64,000 nt of DNA from an uncultured delta proteobacterium (GTDB lineage Bacteria; Myxococcota; Myxococcia; Myxococcales; Myxococcaceae): positions 128,001 through 192,000 of the forward strand of contig CAVYSY010000057.1 in assembly GCA_963771175.1 (NCBI GenBank), in the 5' to 3' direction. The position numbers and the translations under genes are program-made. The notes below the pieces were generated by a model. That model ran no database searches and was not told the DNA's origin. It was given only the letters and a program-made list of their open reading frames with translations. Shown one piece after another: positions 10,151 through 18,995 of the stretch. The first letter of the stretch is position 1. Each line of letters begins with the position of its first letter.

Positions 10151-13100
10151 CTACCCCACCGACACCGTGGGCCGTGCCTCGGGGGCCAAAGGGACCAGGA
10201 GTCCCGGCTCGCCCACCACGACGAGCCGGCTGCGCCCCGCGCCCTGCTTCACCACGCGCACCTGCACGCCGATGCGCTCGGCCAGCCCGGACACGTGGGA
10301 GATGATGCCCACCTGCCGGCCCGTGGCCTGGAGCGCGTCGAGCGTGGCCAGTGCCACCTCCAGCGTCTCCGGGTCCAGGGTGCCGAAGCCCTCGTCGATG
10401 AAGAGGGTCTCCACCTGGGTCGTCTCCGAGGAGAGCGAGGCGAGTCCCAGGGCCAGTGCCAGGGAGACGAGGAAGCCCTCTCCGCCCGAGAGGCTGGAGA
10501 CGGCGCGCACCTCGTCGCCCATGTCCCGGTCCACCACCTGCAGATCCAGGTCGTACTTCGGCACGCGCATGAGGCGGTAGCGCGGGGCCAGCTCGTCCAG
10601 GTGCGCGTTGGCGTGGTGCAGGAGCGCGTCCAGCGTGAGGCTCTGGGCGAACACCTTGAACTTCTTGCCATCGTGCGAGCCGATGAGCTCGCTGAGCGTG
10701 CGCCACACGCCGCCGGCACGCTGCTTCTCCTCCAGGAGCCGGGCCTGCTCGCCATGGCGGCGGCGGGCCTCGTCGTCCTGTTCGAGCCGGGCCTTCACGG
10801 TGGCAACGGCCTGACGCCGGGCCTCGGTGTCCGCTCGGGCCCGCTCACACGCGGTGGGGGCCTCCGCCTCGGAGAGGGACGGGAGGCCGGAAGCCTCGTG
10901 CCGGGTGCGCTGGCCCTCACGCTCCTTCAACACGGAGAGGGCGTGCTCGTGCGACTGACGCAGCGCGGACAGCGCGCGCTCCTCGGCCTCGCACCAGGCG
11001 GCGTCCCTCGCGAGCAGGGCCCGCACGGCTTCCAGCGTGAGGCTCCGTTCGGACAACAGCGCGGAGAGCGCCGCCTCGGCCTCGGCCTTCGCGGTGCTCG
11101 CGGCTTCACGGGTGCGCACCGCCTCCCCGACGAGCGCGGCGATGGTGGCCGCCGCCTGCTTCGCCTTCTCGGCCTCGGCGCGCACGGACTCAAAGGCCCG
11201 GGAGGCCTCCTCCAGCTCCCGGTGGAGCGTGGCACGGACCTCGGCGGTGGGCCGCCCGCCGAGCAGCGCCCCACGTGTGGCCTGAGTCTCGCGCAGCAGT
11301 TCCTGTGCTCGGGCCAGCGCCCCCGCGCAGTCCTCGGTCTGCGTGTGCCGCAAGCCGGCCGTGGCCTCCGCGGGAGCCCGCTTCGCCTCGGCCTGGACCA
11401 CCCGCGCCTCCGCCTCGCGCAGCGCCTGCTCGCGGGTATTCCACTCCGCCACCCACTTCGCGCAGCGCATCCGGAAGCTCACGGGGTCGGCCGTCAGCGA
11501 CTCCTGCCAGCGCTGCGAGTCCTTGAAGGGAGTCGCCAGCCCCACCAGCACCTCCTGGCGGACCTCCGAGGCCCGAGTCAGCTCACGCTCGGACACCGCC
11601 TGGGCCTCGACGTTCTGGCGCAGCGCCTCCTCCGACTGGCGCAGCACCTTCTCCGTCTCCTCCTGGCGCTCGCGCGCGACGGTGAGCGCGGCCCGGGCCT
11701 CCTTCGCCGCCCGAGCCAGCTTCTCCGCCGCCTCCTCCTCGGTCTTCAGCACGGCCAGTCGCGCCTTCGCCTCCGCGAGCGCCGCCTCCAGCCACGACTC
11801 GACGCCCTCGGCCTCCGCGTCCTCCGGGGGCAGGTCTCCCACGAGCTTCGCCCGGCAGGTGCTCCAGGACTCGCGCTGCTGCGCACGCCGCTTCGCCGCG
11901 GCCTCCCGGCGAGCCTCCGCCTGTGATGCCCGAGGGCCAGCCCCCGCCGCCCGCGCGCTGGCCGTGGCCTCCGCCCGAGTCGCCACCGTCCGCTCGCCCT
12001 CCAGCGCCTCCACCCGCCCCCGCGCCTCCACGACGAGCCCCTCCAGCGCCGCCTCCGCGCGGCCATAGGGGTGCTCCGTGGCACCGCACAACGGGCAGGG
12101 CTCGCCCTCGCGCAGCTCCGCCCGGTGCTCCGAGAAGCCCTGCGCCGCCCTCGCCCCGTCGAGCGCGCGCTGCGCCTCCTTCAGTGCGGCCTCGTGCTCG
12201 ATGCGGCGCACCTTCGCGGCCTCGGCCTCGGCCGTCGCGGACGCCTGCTCCGCCCGGGCCTTGTCGGCCTCCTCGGCGGCCTCCTGTTCAGCGCGCGCAG
12301 CCTCGCTCGCGCCCTTGCGTGCCTCCGTCAGCGCGCGCAGCCCCTCCTGCCGGGACAGCAGCGACTCACGCCGGGTCCGCCGCTCCGCGCCGGCATCCTC
12401 GCCCTGCGCGGCCTCGGCGCTGGCCACGGTGGCCTCCGCCGCCTGCACGGCCTCGCCCGCCTCGCGACGCTCCTCACGTCGGAGATCGACCTCCGCGCGC
12501 AGGGACTCCGCCTGGGTCCGCAGCTTCGTGAGCGAGTCGCGGGCCACGGTCTCTTCCTGCGTCGCGCGGCCATAGCGGGTGAGCTCGGCCTCCCACCGGG
12601 GCCACTCGCGGGCCAGCGCCTCCAGGCGCCCGTGCTCGCTGAGCCATGCCCGCGCCACATCCACGTCCGCGCGCGCGGCCGACTCCTCCTTGGCCACCCG
12701 CGCCACCTCGTCCCCGGCCAACCGCTCGGACTCCCGGGCCGCGTCCAGCTTTCGCGCCGCCTCCTGCTCATCGCTCCGCGCCCGCTCCAGCGCGGCATCC
12801 AGCTTCACGGCCTCTTCCAGCGCCGGGCGCGCGGTGGCTTCCGCTTCCACCGCCGCGTTCTTCCGCGCCTCCGCCTTCGCCCGTGCTTCCTCATGCTTCT
12901 GCGCCGAGGCCCGTGCCGACTCCTCCTCCGCGCGCCGCGCCGTCAGCGCCGAGTCCGCGTCCTCCAGTCGCCGCGCCGTCTCGTCCACGCGAGCCACCGG
13001 GGCGCGCAGCACCTCCGCCGAGCGCACCCGAGCCAGCTCCACCTTCCGAGGCTCCGCGGCCTCCACCGCCTGCGCCGCTCGCTGGCGTGCCTGCTCCGCC

Positions 13101-13936
13101 TCGGCCTCCTGTGCCACCAGCCGAGCCCGCTCCGTGTACCAGTGCGCCGCCTGCTCCGCCCGAGCCTGCGCCGCCTGGGCCTCCGCCTGCGCCGCCTCCT
13201 CGCGCGTCCTCAGCTCCTCCTGAGCCGCGCGGTCTTCGTCCGTCAGCCGGGCGATGGCCGCCACGCCATGCGCCAGCTTCTCCAGCTCCTCCTGCAACTC
13301 CTTGTGGCGCTGGTGCGCGGCCGTGGACAGCTTGCTGTACACCTCCGTCCCCGTCATCCGCTCCAGCAGCTCCGCGCGCTCGTTGGCGTCCGCGCGCAGG
13401 AAGGCCGCGAACTCCCCCTGCGCCAGCAGCGCCGAGCGCCGGAACTGGTCGAAGGACAGGCCCAGCCGCTCTTCAATCGCCTTGAGCACCTCGGACTTCG
13501 TGCGCCCGAAGGTCTGCCCGGTGGCCACGTCGGTGAGGACCATCTCCTGCGCCTGGAAGCGGCCCTCGGCCTTGCTGCGCGCCCGGCGCACCGTCCAGCG
13601 CGCGCGGTAGCGCCGGCCGTCCCTGCCCAGGAAGTCCACCTCGGCGAAGCCCTCGCCCGCCCCGCGCCGCAACACGCCGCGCACGTCGTTGGCCAGCAGC
13701 CGCGCGTCCACTTCCTCGTCCGGGCGCCCCACCGGAACGCCCCCGCGCTCGCCCAGCCGCGGCGTGCGGTCGAAGAGGGCCAGGCACATGGCGTCCAGCA
13801 GCGTGCTCTTGCCCGCGCCCGTGGCGCCGGTGATGGCGAACAGCCCCAGCTTGTCGAGCGGCGCCTGGTCCATCGCCAGGGCGAAGTCGCCCGCGAGGCT
13901 CGCCAGGTTGCGTCCGCGGATGGTGAGGATTCTCAA
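10151..13936 (-). CDS. sbcC: Exonuclease SbcCD subunit C (SMC-like ATPase)
   Basis: GATGAGKS Walker A, long coiled coil with CPLCG zinc hook, LSGGE signature, IDEGFG; TTG start overlaps the sbcD stop. Confidence 0.95.
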   Translation of the reverse strand: MRILTIRGRNLASLAGDFALAMDQAPLDKLGLFAITGATGAGKSTLLDAMCLALFDRTPRLGERGGVPVGRPDEEVDARLLANDVRGVLRRGAGEGFAEVDFLGRDGRRYRARWTVRRARSKAEGRFQAQEMVLTDVATGQTFGRTKSEVLKAIEERLGLSFDQFRRSALLAQGEFAAFLRADANERAELLERMTGTEVYSKLSTAAHQRHKELQEELEKLAHGVAAIARLTDEDRAAQEELRTREEAAQAEAQAAQARAEQAAHWYTERARLVAQEAEAEQARQRAAQAVEAAEPRKVELARVRSAEVLRAPVARVDETARRLEDADSALTARRAEEESARASAQKHEEARAKAEARKNAAVEAEATARPALEEAVKLDAALERARSDEQEAARKLDAARESERLAGDEVARVAKEESAARADVDVARAWLSEHGRLEALAREWPRWEAELTRYGRATQEETVARDSLTKLRTQAESLRAEVDLRREERREAGEAVQAAEATVASAEAAQGEDAGAERRTRRESLLSRQEGLRALTEARKGASEAARAEQEAAEEADKARAEQASATAEAEAAKVRRIEHEAALKEAQRALDGARAAQGFSEHRAELREGEPCPLCGATEHPYGRAEAALEGLVVEARGRVEALEGERTVATRAEATASARAAGAGPRASQAEARREAAAKRRAQQRESWSTCRAKLVGDLPPEDAEAEGVESWLEAALAEAKARLAVLKTEEEAAEKLARAAKEARAALTVARERQEETEKVLRQSEEALRQNVEAQAVSERELTRASEVRQEVLVGLATPFKDSQRWQESLTADPVSFRMRCAKWVAEWNTREQALREAEARVVQAEAKRAPAEATAGLRHTQTEDCAGALARAQELLRETQATRGALLGGRPTAEVRATLHRELEEASRAFESVRAEAEKAKQAAATIAALVGEAVRTREAASTAKAEAEAALSALLSERSLTLEAVRALLARDAAWCEAEERALSALRQSHEHALSVLKEREGQRTRHEASGLPSLSEAEAPTACERARADTEARRQAVATVKARLEQDDEARRRHGEQARLLEEKQRAGGVWRTLSELIGSHDGKKFKVFAQSLTLDALLHHANAHLDELAPRYRLMRVPKYDLDLQVVDRDMGDEVRAVSSLSGGEGFLVSLALALGLASLSSETTQVETLFIDEGFGTLDPETLEVALATLDALQATGRQVGIISHVSGLAERIGVQVRVVKQGAGRSRLVVVGEPGLLVPLAPEARPTVSVG

Positions 13937-15177
13937 GACGCGTCCTCCTGCACCTGGGTGAGGAGCGAGTGGAAGGCCTCGAGCAGCGCCGCGTCGGGCG
14001 GCTCGGTGTAGTCGCGCGCGTAGCGGGCGCGGAAGACGTCCTCGGGGGTGCGCTCCTTGAGGGAGACACCCGGCCGGTCCTCCGCGAGCGCGTTGCCGGT
14101 GCCGGTGTACTCCGGGGTGAGCTTCACCAGCCGCGCGGCCTTGCCCTCGAGCGCGTCCTCCACCCGGCGGCGCAGCGCGGGCTCGGGGCGGGGCAGCGCG
14201 ACGCGCACCTCCAGGTAGGGGCGCCGCCAGTCGGGCGTCTCGGGCTCCAGCGCGGGCAAGGCCTCCAGCAGCGCCACCACATCCTCGAGCGTGGCCGTGT
14301 CGCGCGAGGGCACCCGCAGCATCTCCACCCGGCGAGGCACGTGCAGCGGCCTCACGGAGGAGAGTTGCTCGCCGTCCAGCTCCACGAGCAGCACCTGGTG
14401 CGAGTAGCTCGCCTCGGAGAGCGACAGGGGAAGGGGCGAGCCGCTGTAGCGCACGCCCTCGCGCCCGCCCACCCGCTGCGCCTTGTGCAGGTGCCCGAGC
14501 GCCGCGTACGCCACGTCCTCGGGGAAGAGGTCCACCGGGAGCGCGTGCTGGTTGCCCCCGAGAATCTTGCGCTCGCTGAGCGCGGAGAGCTCGGTGCCCA
14601 CCATGTAGCAGTGGCCCATGGCCACGAGCGCCTGGCCCGGCTTGCGCTTCGCGCGCGCGCCCTCCAGCACCTCGGCGTACACCGAGCGCACGCCCTCGAC
14701 GAGCTTGTCCCCCACCTCCTCGGAGATGAGCGGCAGGTCCGCGGGCCGCAGGTAGGGCACCGCCGCCACCCACGCGCCCACCTTGCCCTGCGCGTCCTTC
14801 AGCGGCACCAGCAGGCGCTCCAGGTCCACCGCGCCGCTCGACTTCGGCAGCCCGCCCACCACGCGCACGTCGAGCGCGGAGAAGAGCGGATCCGGCGCAT
14901 CCAGCCGCGCCGCCGAGTCGTGGTTGCCACCGATGACGACGAGGTCCAACTTCGGGCAGCGGCGCCGGGCGCGAGCGACGAACTGGTACCAGGCGGCCTG
15001 GGCCTCGGCGCTGGGGTTGGCGGTGTCGAAGATGTCGCCGGCCACCAGCAGCGCGTCCACCTTCTGCGCCTCCAGCGTGTCCAGCAGCCAGTCGAGGAAG
15101 GCCGCGTGCTCGGCCTCACGGGACGTGTCGTACAGCGTGTGGCCGAGGTGCCAGTCCGATGTGTGCAGCAGGCGCAT
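13933..15177 (-). CDS. sbcD: Exonuclease SbcCD subunit D
   Basis: HTSDWHLG, AGDIFD, GGNHDS, LGHLH, YSGSP motifs. Confidence 0.95.
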   Translation of the reverse strand: MRLLHTSDWHLGHTLYDTSREAEHAAFLDWLLDTLEAQKVDALLVAGDIFDTANPSAEAQAAWYQFVARARRRCPKLDLVVIGGNHDSAARLDAPDPLFSALDVRVVGGLPKSSGAVDLERLLVPLKDAQGKVGAWVAAVPYLRPADLPLISEEVGDKLVEGVRSVYAEVLEGARAKRKPGQALVAMGHCYMVGTELSALSERKILGGNQHALPVDLFPEDVAYAALGHLHKAQRVGGREGVRYSGSPLPLSLSEASYSHQVLLVELDGEQLSSVRPLHVPRRVEMLRVPSRDTATLEDVVALLEALPALEPETPDWRRPYLEVRVALPRPEPALRRRVEDALEGKAARLVKLTPEYTGTGNALAEDRPGVSLKERTPEDVFRARYARDYTEPPDAALLEAFHSLLTQVQEDAS

Positions 15178-15228
15178 CCGTACACTCCCCTCCTGCGTCC
15201 GCCGCGAGCCGGAGGAGGACGTCCCGCC

Positions 15229-15245
15229 CTGCTCGCACGTTCAGG
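15229..15245. promoter_or_regulatory. Candidate myxobacterial LexA (SOS) box upstream of sbcD
   Basis: CTGCTCGCACGTTCAGG matches the recalled Myxococcus consensus CTRHAMRYBYGTTCAGS at 15 of 17 positions, ~50 bp before the sbcD start. Confidence 0.5.
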
Positions 15246-15380
15246 CGGCGCGCAGTGTGCCCGCAGGAGCATGCGGTGCCAACACCGGGCTTGAGACCTA
15301 CATCGGGGACCCGGAGGCTACCTGACAGGAGCAAGCATCCTGGAAAAGTGCGGTGCGGATGCTGATTCCAGGGGTTTCAC

Positions 15381-15487
15381 TCGTCACCGGTGACGACCGG
15401 ATTGGCCCTTCTCCGTTCCGCTTGTCACCGGTGACAACCGGATTGGCCCTCCTCGCGTTCCGCTTGTCACCGGTGACAACCGGATTG
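15381..15487. repeat. Three tandem 41-42 bp units, each with a perfect 16-bp palindrome TYGTCACCGGTGACRA
   Basis: Palindromes at 15381-15396, 15422-15437 and 15464-15479, each followed by CCGGATTG. Confidence 0.9.
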
Positions 15488-15504
15488 ATCCCGGAAAGGG
15501 AAGG

Positions 15505-15540
15505 CCCTCACTCAAGCCCTCTCTTGGTGGGAGAGGGGCT
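15505..15540. repeat. Degenerate REP-like hairpin (CCCTCAC...CCCTCTC...GGGAGAGGGG type), possible terminator of the phzF-like gene
   Basis: CCCTCACTCAAGCCCTCTCTTGGTGGGAGAGGGGCT directly after the stop codon. Confidence 0.55.
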
Positions 15541-16333
15541 TCACAGGATGATGTGGCCCTCGAGGTACAGCACGGCCTGTCCGGCGAGGCCCACGCGCTC
15601 GCCGCGGTCCTCGCACTGGAGCACGCCGCCACGGTGGGACACCTGGTGCGCCAGCAACTGCGACTTGCCCAGCTTCTGGGCCCAGTAGGGCACCAGCGAG
15701 CAGTGCGCCGAGCCCGTCACCGGATCCTCCGGCACGCCCACCCGCGGCGCGAAGAAGCGCGAGACGAAGTCCGCCTGCGTGCCCGGAGCCGTCGCCGCCA
15801 CCGCGAACAAGTCCAGCGCCGCCAGCTTCGCCATGTCCGGGTTGAGCGCCCGCACCTGCTCCTCGCTGTCGAAGACGGCCACCAGGTCGCGCGACAGCAG
15901 CGTCTCGCGCGGCTCGGCGCCCAGCGCCTCCACCAGCCCCTCCGGAATCGGGCACGGCTCGGGCGGCCGCGAGGGGAAGTCCATCTCCAGCCAGCCCTCC
16001 TCCCGCTCCGTCACCACCAGCGGCCCCGAGCGCGAGTTGAACTGCGCCTTCTCCAGCCCCGGTGCCAGCCGCGTGAAGAGGATGTAGGCCGCGGCCAGCG
16101 TGGCATGACCGCACAGGTCCACCTCCTGCGTCGGGGTGAACCAGCGCGATCTGCCAGCCGCGCACCTCGTCGCGCAGCACGAAGGCCGTCTCCGAGAGGT
16201 TGTTCTCCAGGGCGATGGCCTGCAGCACGTCATCCGGGAGCCACGCGTCGAGCGGGCACACCGCCGCGGGGTTGCCTCCGAAGACCTGGGAGGTGAAGGC
16301 GTCGACCTGATAGAGGCGCAGGCGGATGGACAT
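15541..16333 (-). CDS. PhzF family isomerase/epimerase (one frameshift near 16148, probably sequencing error)
   Basis: QVDAF...GNPAAV...NLSETAF in one frame; EVDLCGHATLA and EDPVTGSA in another. Confidence 0.85.
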
Positions 16334-16349
16334 GGAACGACGACTTACC

Positions 16350-17082
16350 TCAACCTGAGGAGTCGTGCGACCCCAGGGCCCGCAGGAAGAGCCCTCGAAC
16401 CCGTTCGCCGAGCGCCCCATCGTCTTCCCCGAAGTCCTCTGGGCGTATGGGGGGCAGCACCCGGATGCGCACCCGCGCGCGGGGGCTCATCCACGGACCA
16501 TCCCCCTCCACCAGCTCCGTGGTGCCCTCGAGCACCACCGGCACCAGCGGCACCCGCTCCTCCAGGGCCAGCCGGAAGGCGCCGCGCCGGAAGGGCAGCA
16601 GCCGCCCCCCCTGCGCGTAGGTGCCCTCGGGGAAGAGGAGCACCGGCATGCCCCGGCGCAGCCACCCACGGCAGACGTCCAGCATCTCGCGCATGGACTG
16701 GTGCCGCCCCCGCTCCACCGCGCACGTAGCGCAGGAGGCTCATCATCCACCCCACCAGCGGAACCCGGAACAGCGAGGCCTTGGAGACGAACTTGAAGGG
16801 GTGGAACAGACCCATGGCGGCGAGGATGTCCGCCATGGACTGGTGGTTGGCCACCAGCACGCACGGGCCCTCGGGCAGCAGCTCGCGCCCCTCCACCCGC
16901 GTCCGCCACCCCGGCCAGACGCGCAGGTACTGGAAGCACCAGTGGCACACGTACGTGTGCAGCACGCGCCGCTCCGGGTCGAACGGCAGCGTGAGCAGCC
17001 ACAGCACCACGCCCAGCAGGAACCCGGGCACCGCCGTCAGCCCGAAGACGGCCCAGAACCAGAGCGTGGCGAGGTACTTCAC
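16350..17082 (-). CDS. Lysophospholipid (1-acyl-sn-glycerol-3-phosphate) acyltransferase (frameshift near 16722)
   Basis: NHQSMADI (HX4D) and FPEGT motifs in different frames; GTG start overlaps the SDR stop. Confidence 0.85.
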
Positions 17083-17867
17083 TTGGACGAGTTGAGGACG
17101 CTGGCGAACTGCATGGCGTAGTTCACCTCCAGCCCTCCATCCACCACCAGCGTCTGCCCGTTGACGTACGAGGAGCCCTCGGAGCACAGCCACTCAATCG
17201 TCTTGGCGATGTCATCCGCGCTGGCCACGTAGCCCACGGGGACGCTCTCCTTCACCTTGGCCTCGAGCGCGGCCCAGGCATCTCCCATGTAGAAGCGGCT
17301 GGAGTCGGTGTCGATGTAGCCCGGGTTGACGGCGTTGACGCGGATACCGGAGGAGGCCAGCTCGGCGGCCAGGTACTTCACCAGAATCTCCATGGCGCCC
17401 TTCATCGCGCCGAGGAAGCCGTGGAAGGGCAGCGGCATGCGCGAGTCCATGCCGGACACCATGACGATGCGGCCCTTGCGGCCCTCCATCAGCGGCACGG
17501 CGCGCTGGGCGCCCAGCAGGAAGCTCTTCACCGTGACGTTGAACGTCTTGTCCATCTGGTGGAGCTTCATCTGCATGAGCGGGGTGAAGGCGGTGGAGGC
17601 GGCGTTGGCCACGAAGACGTCCAGCCCGCTGAACTCCTGCTGGACCACGTCGAAGGCGGCATGGAGGCTGGCCGGCTCGAGCTGATCCGCGATGACGGCG
17701 CGGCAGCGGCGGCCGAGCGCCTCCACTTCCTTCACGAGGGCCTCGGCGGCCTCGGCGTCGCGCCGGTAGGTGGAGACGATGTCGTAACCCGCCTTCGCGA
17801 GTCTCAGGGAGAGGGCGCGGCCCACGCCACGCGAGCCGCCGGTGATGAGCGCCACGGGAGCAGTCAT
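17079..17867 (-). CDS. SDR family oxidoreductase (FabL/FabG-like)
   Basis: [31 protein letters not shown]. Confidence 0.85.
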   Translation of the reverse strand: MTAPVALITGGSRGVGRALSLRLAKAGYDIVSTYRRDAEAAEALVKEVEALGRRCRAVIADQLEPASLHAAFDVVQQEFSGLDVFVANAASTAFTPLMQMKLHQMDKTFNVTVKSFLLGAQRAVPLMEGRKGRIVMVSGMDSRMPLPFHGFLGAMKGAMEILVKYLAAELASSGIRVNAVNPGYIDTDSSRFYMGDAWAALEAKVKESVPVGYVASADDIAKTIEWLCSEGSSYVNGQTLVVDGGLEVNYAMQFASVLNSSK

Positions 17868-18010
17868 GCCCCCGGGCATACCACCTTCCACACGCCTCCG
17901 GCCGGTGTCCTGATTCAGCTCACTCCCGGGACGGATTGTTCGATTCCGGGACAGGCTCGCCCAGGTGCCATTTCCCCAGGTATTCCAACAGTTTGAGCCC
18001 CATATTGCCA

Positions 18011-18026
18011 GGTTTGTTTACAAACC
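18011..18026. promoter_or_regulatory. Inverted repeat GGTTTGT-N2-ACAAACC, candidate enhancer (UAS) for the downstream sigma54 promoter
   Basis: 7-bp perfect arms in an AT-richer patch ~75-90 bp upstream of the -24 box. Confidence 0.45.
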
Positions 18027-18098
18027 CGATGCGCCGCCATGGTCCACCCGCGCCGGAGCCGGAGGGAGACTCCCCAGGAAGTCCGCGCACTTGGACGT

Positions 18099-18113
18099 TG
18101 GCACGGCCAGTGC
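18099..18113 (+). promoter_or_regulatory. Sigma54 (-24/-12) promoter
   Basis: TGGCACGGCCAGTGC with exact GG-N10-GC spacing and full TGGCACG box. Confidence 0.7.
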
Positions 18114-18124
18114 TCAAGAGAGGT

Positions 18125-18210
18125 CCGTCGAATACGACGCGTCCCCTCAAGAACCTGACGCGACTGGAGGGCTCCGGGTTCCCCACCAACCCGGGGCCCT
18201 CATCATTTCT
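18125..18210 (+). ncRNA. Candidate sigma54-dependent small RNA, three stem-loops, C-rich loops (Pxr-like architecture)
   Basis: SL1 GTCG-AATA-CGAC; SL2 GCGTC-CCCTCAAGAACCT-GACGC; SL3 14-bp stem 18167-18201 with loop CCCCACC, then ATCATTTCT; begins at the predicted +1. Confidence 0.55.
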
Positions 18211-18252
18211 GGAGCCAGGGTCGAGGGACGTCCAGCGCTAGAGTGCGCCGCC

Positions 18253-18957
18253 ATGCACGTCGCGCCCGGCCCCTCCCCGACTCCCGCCGGCCCTCGCTGG
18301 CTCTACCTGCACGGCTTCGCCTCCGGCCCCGGCTCCGCCAAGGGCGTGGCCCTCGCCGAGCACTACGCGCGCCAGGGCATCCACCTGGAGCGGTTGGACC
18401 TGCGCCAGCCCTCGCTCGAGCACCTGCGCCTGAGCGCGATGATGAGGACGGTGCGCGACGCCATCGGCGGCGAGCGGGACCGGGCCATCCTCTTCGGCTC
18501 CAGCCTGGGCGGGCTGACGGCCTGCCGCGTGGCCGAGGAAGACTCCCGGGTGTGCGCGCTGGTGCTGCTGGCGCCGGCCCTGCGCGCCTCGGAGCAGATG
18601 CGGCGCAACGTGGGCGAGCGGAACCTGCGCCAGTGGCGGGAGACGGGCTGGCTGGAGACCCAGGACTACGCGGAGAAGCGGATGGCCCGGGTCCACTTCG
18701 GCCTCATCGAGGACCTCGACGCCATCGAGGCGCGCTCGGAGGGCTGGCCGGACGTGCGGGTGCCCACGCTCCTCATCCACGGGAGCCGGGACACCACCAC
18801 CCTGCCGCCGTACTCCCGCACGTGGGCGCGCGGCAAACGCCACGTCCGCCTCGTCGAGGTGGACGACGGCCACGAGCTGGTGGACTCGCTCGGGCGCATC
18901 GCCGCCGAGGCGGACGACTTCCTGCGGCCCTTCCTCGCGCCGCCCGAGCCCCGGTAG
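18253..18957 (+). CDS. YqiA/YcfP family alpha/beta hydrolase (esterase)
   Basis: YLHGFAS, GSSLGG, IHG..D, DDGHEL. Confidence 0.85.
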   Translation: MHVAPGPSPTPAGPRWLYLHGFASGPGSAKGVALAEHYARQGIHLERLDLRQPSLEHLRLSAMMRTVRDAIGGERDRAILFGSSLGGLTACRVAEEDSRVCALVLLAPALRASEQMRRNVGERNLRQWRETGWLETQDYAEKRMARVHFGLIEDLDAIEARSEGWPDVRVPTLLIHGSRDTTTLPPYSRTWARGKRHVRLVEVDDGHELVDSLGRIAAEADDFLRPFLAPPEPR

Positions 18958-18963
18958 GACGCG

Positions 18964-18984
18964 CCCCGCTCCCAGGGAGCGGGG
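18964..18984. terminator. GC-rich hairpin between convergent genes
   Basis: CCCCGCTCCC-A-GGGAGCGGGG; no U-tract. Confidence 0.45.
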
Positions 18985-18995
18985 GCGGCGTCACC

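Noticed and set aside
10151..14773. 1540-aa SbcC as given in the ORF track
   Set aside because: The N-terminal extension overlaps sbcD out of frame; SbcC homology starts at the TTG at 13936
15381..15487. CRISPR array
   Set aside because: Only three units; the intervening sequences are short and nearly identical, not unique spacers; no cas genes
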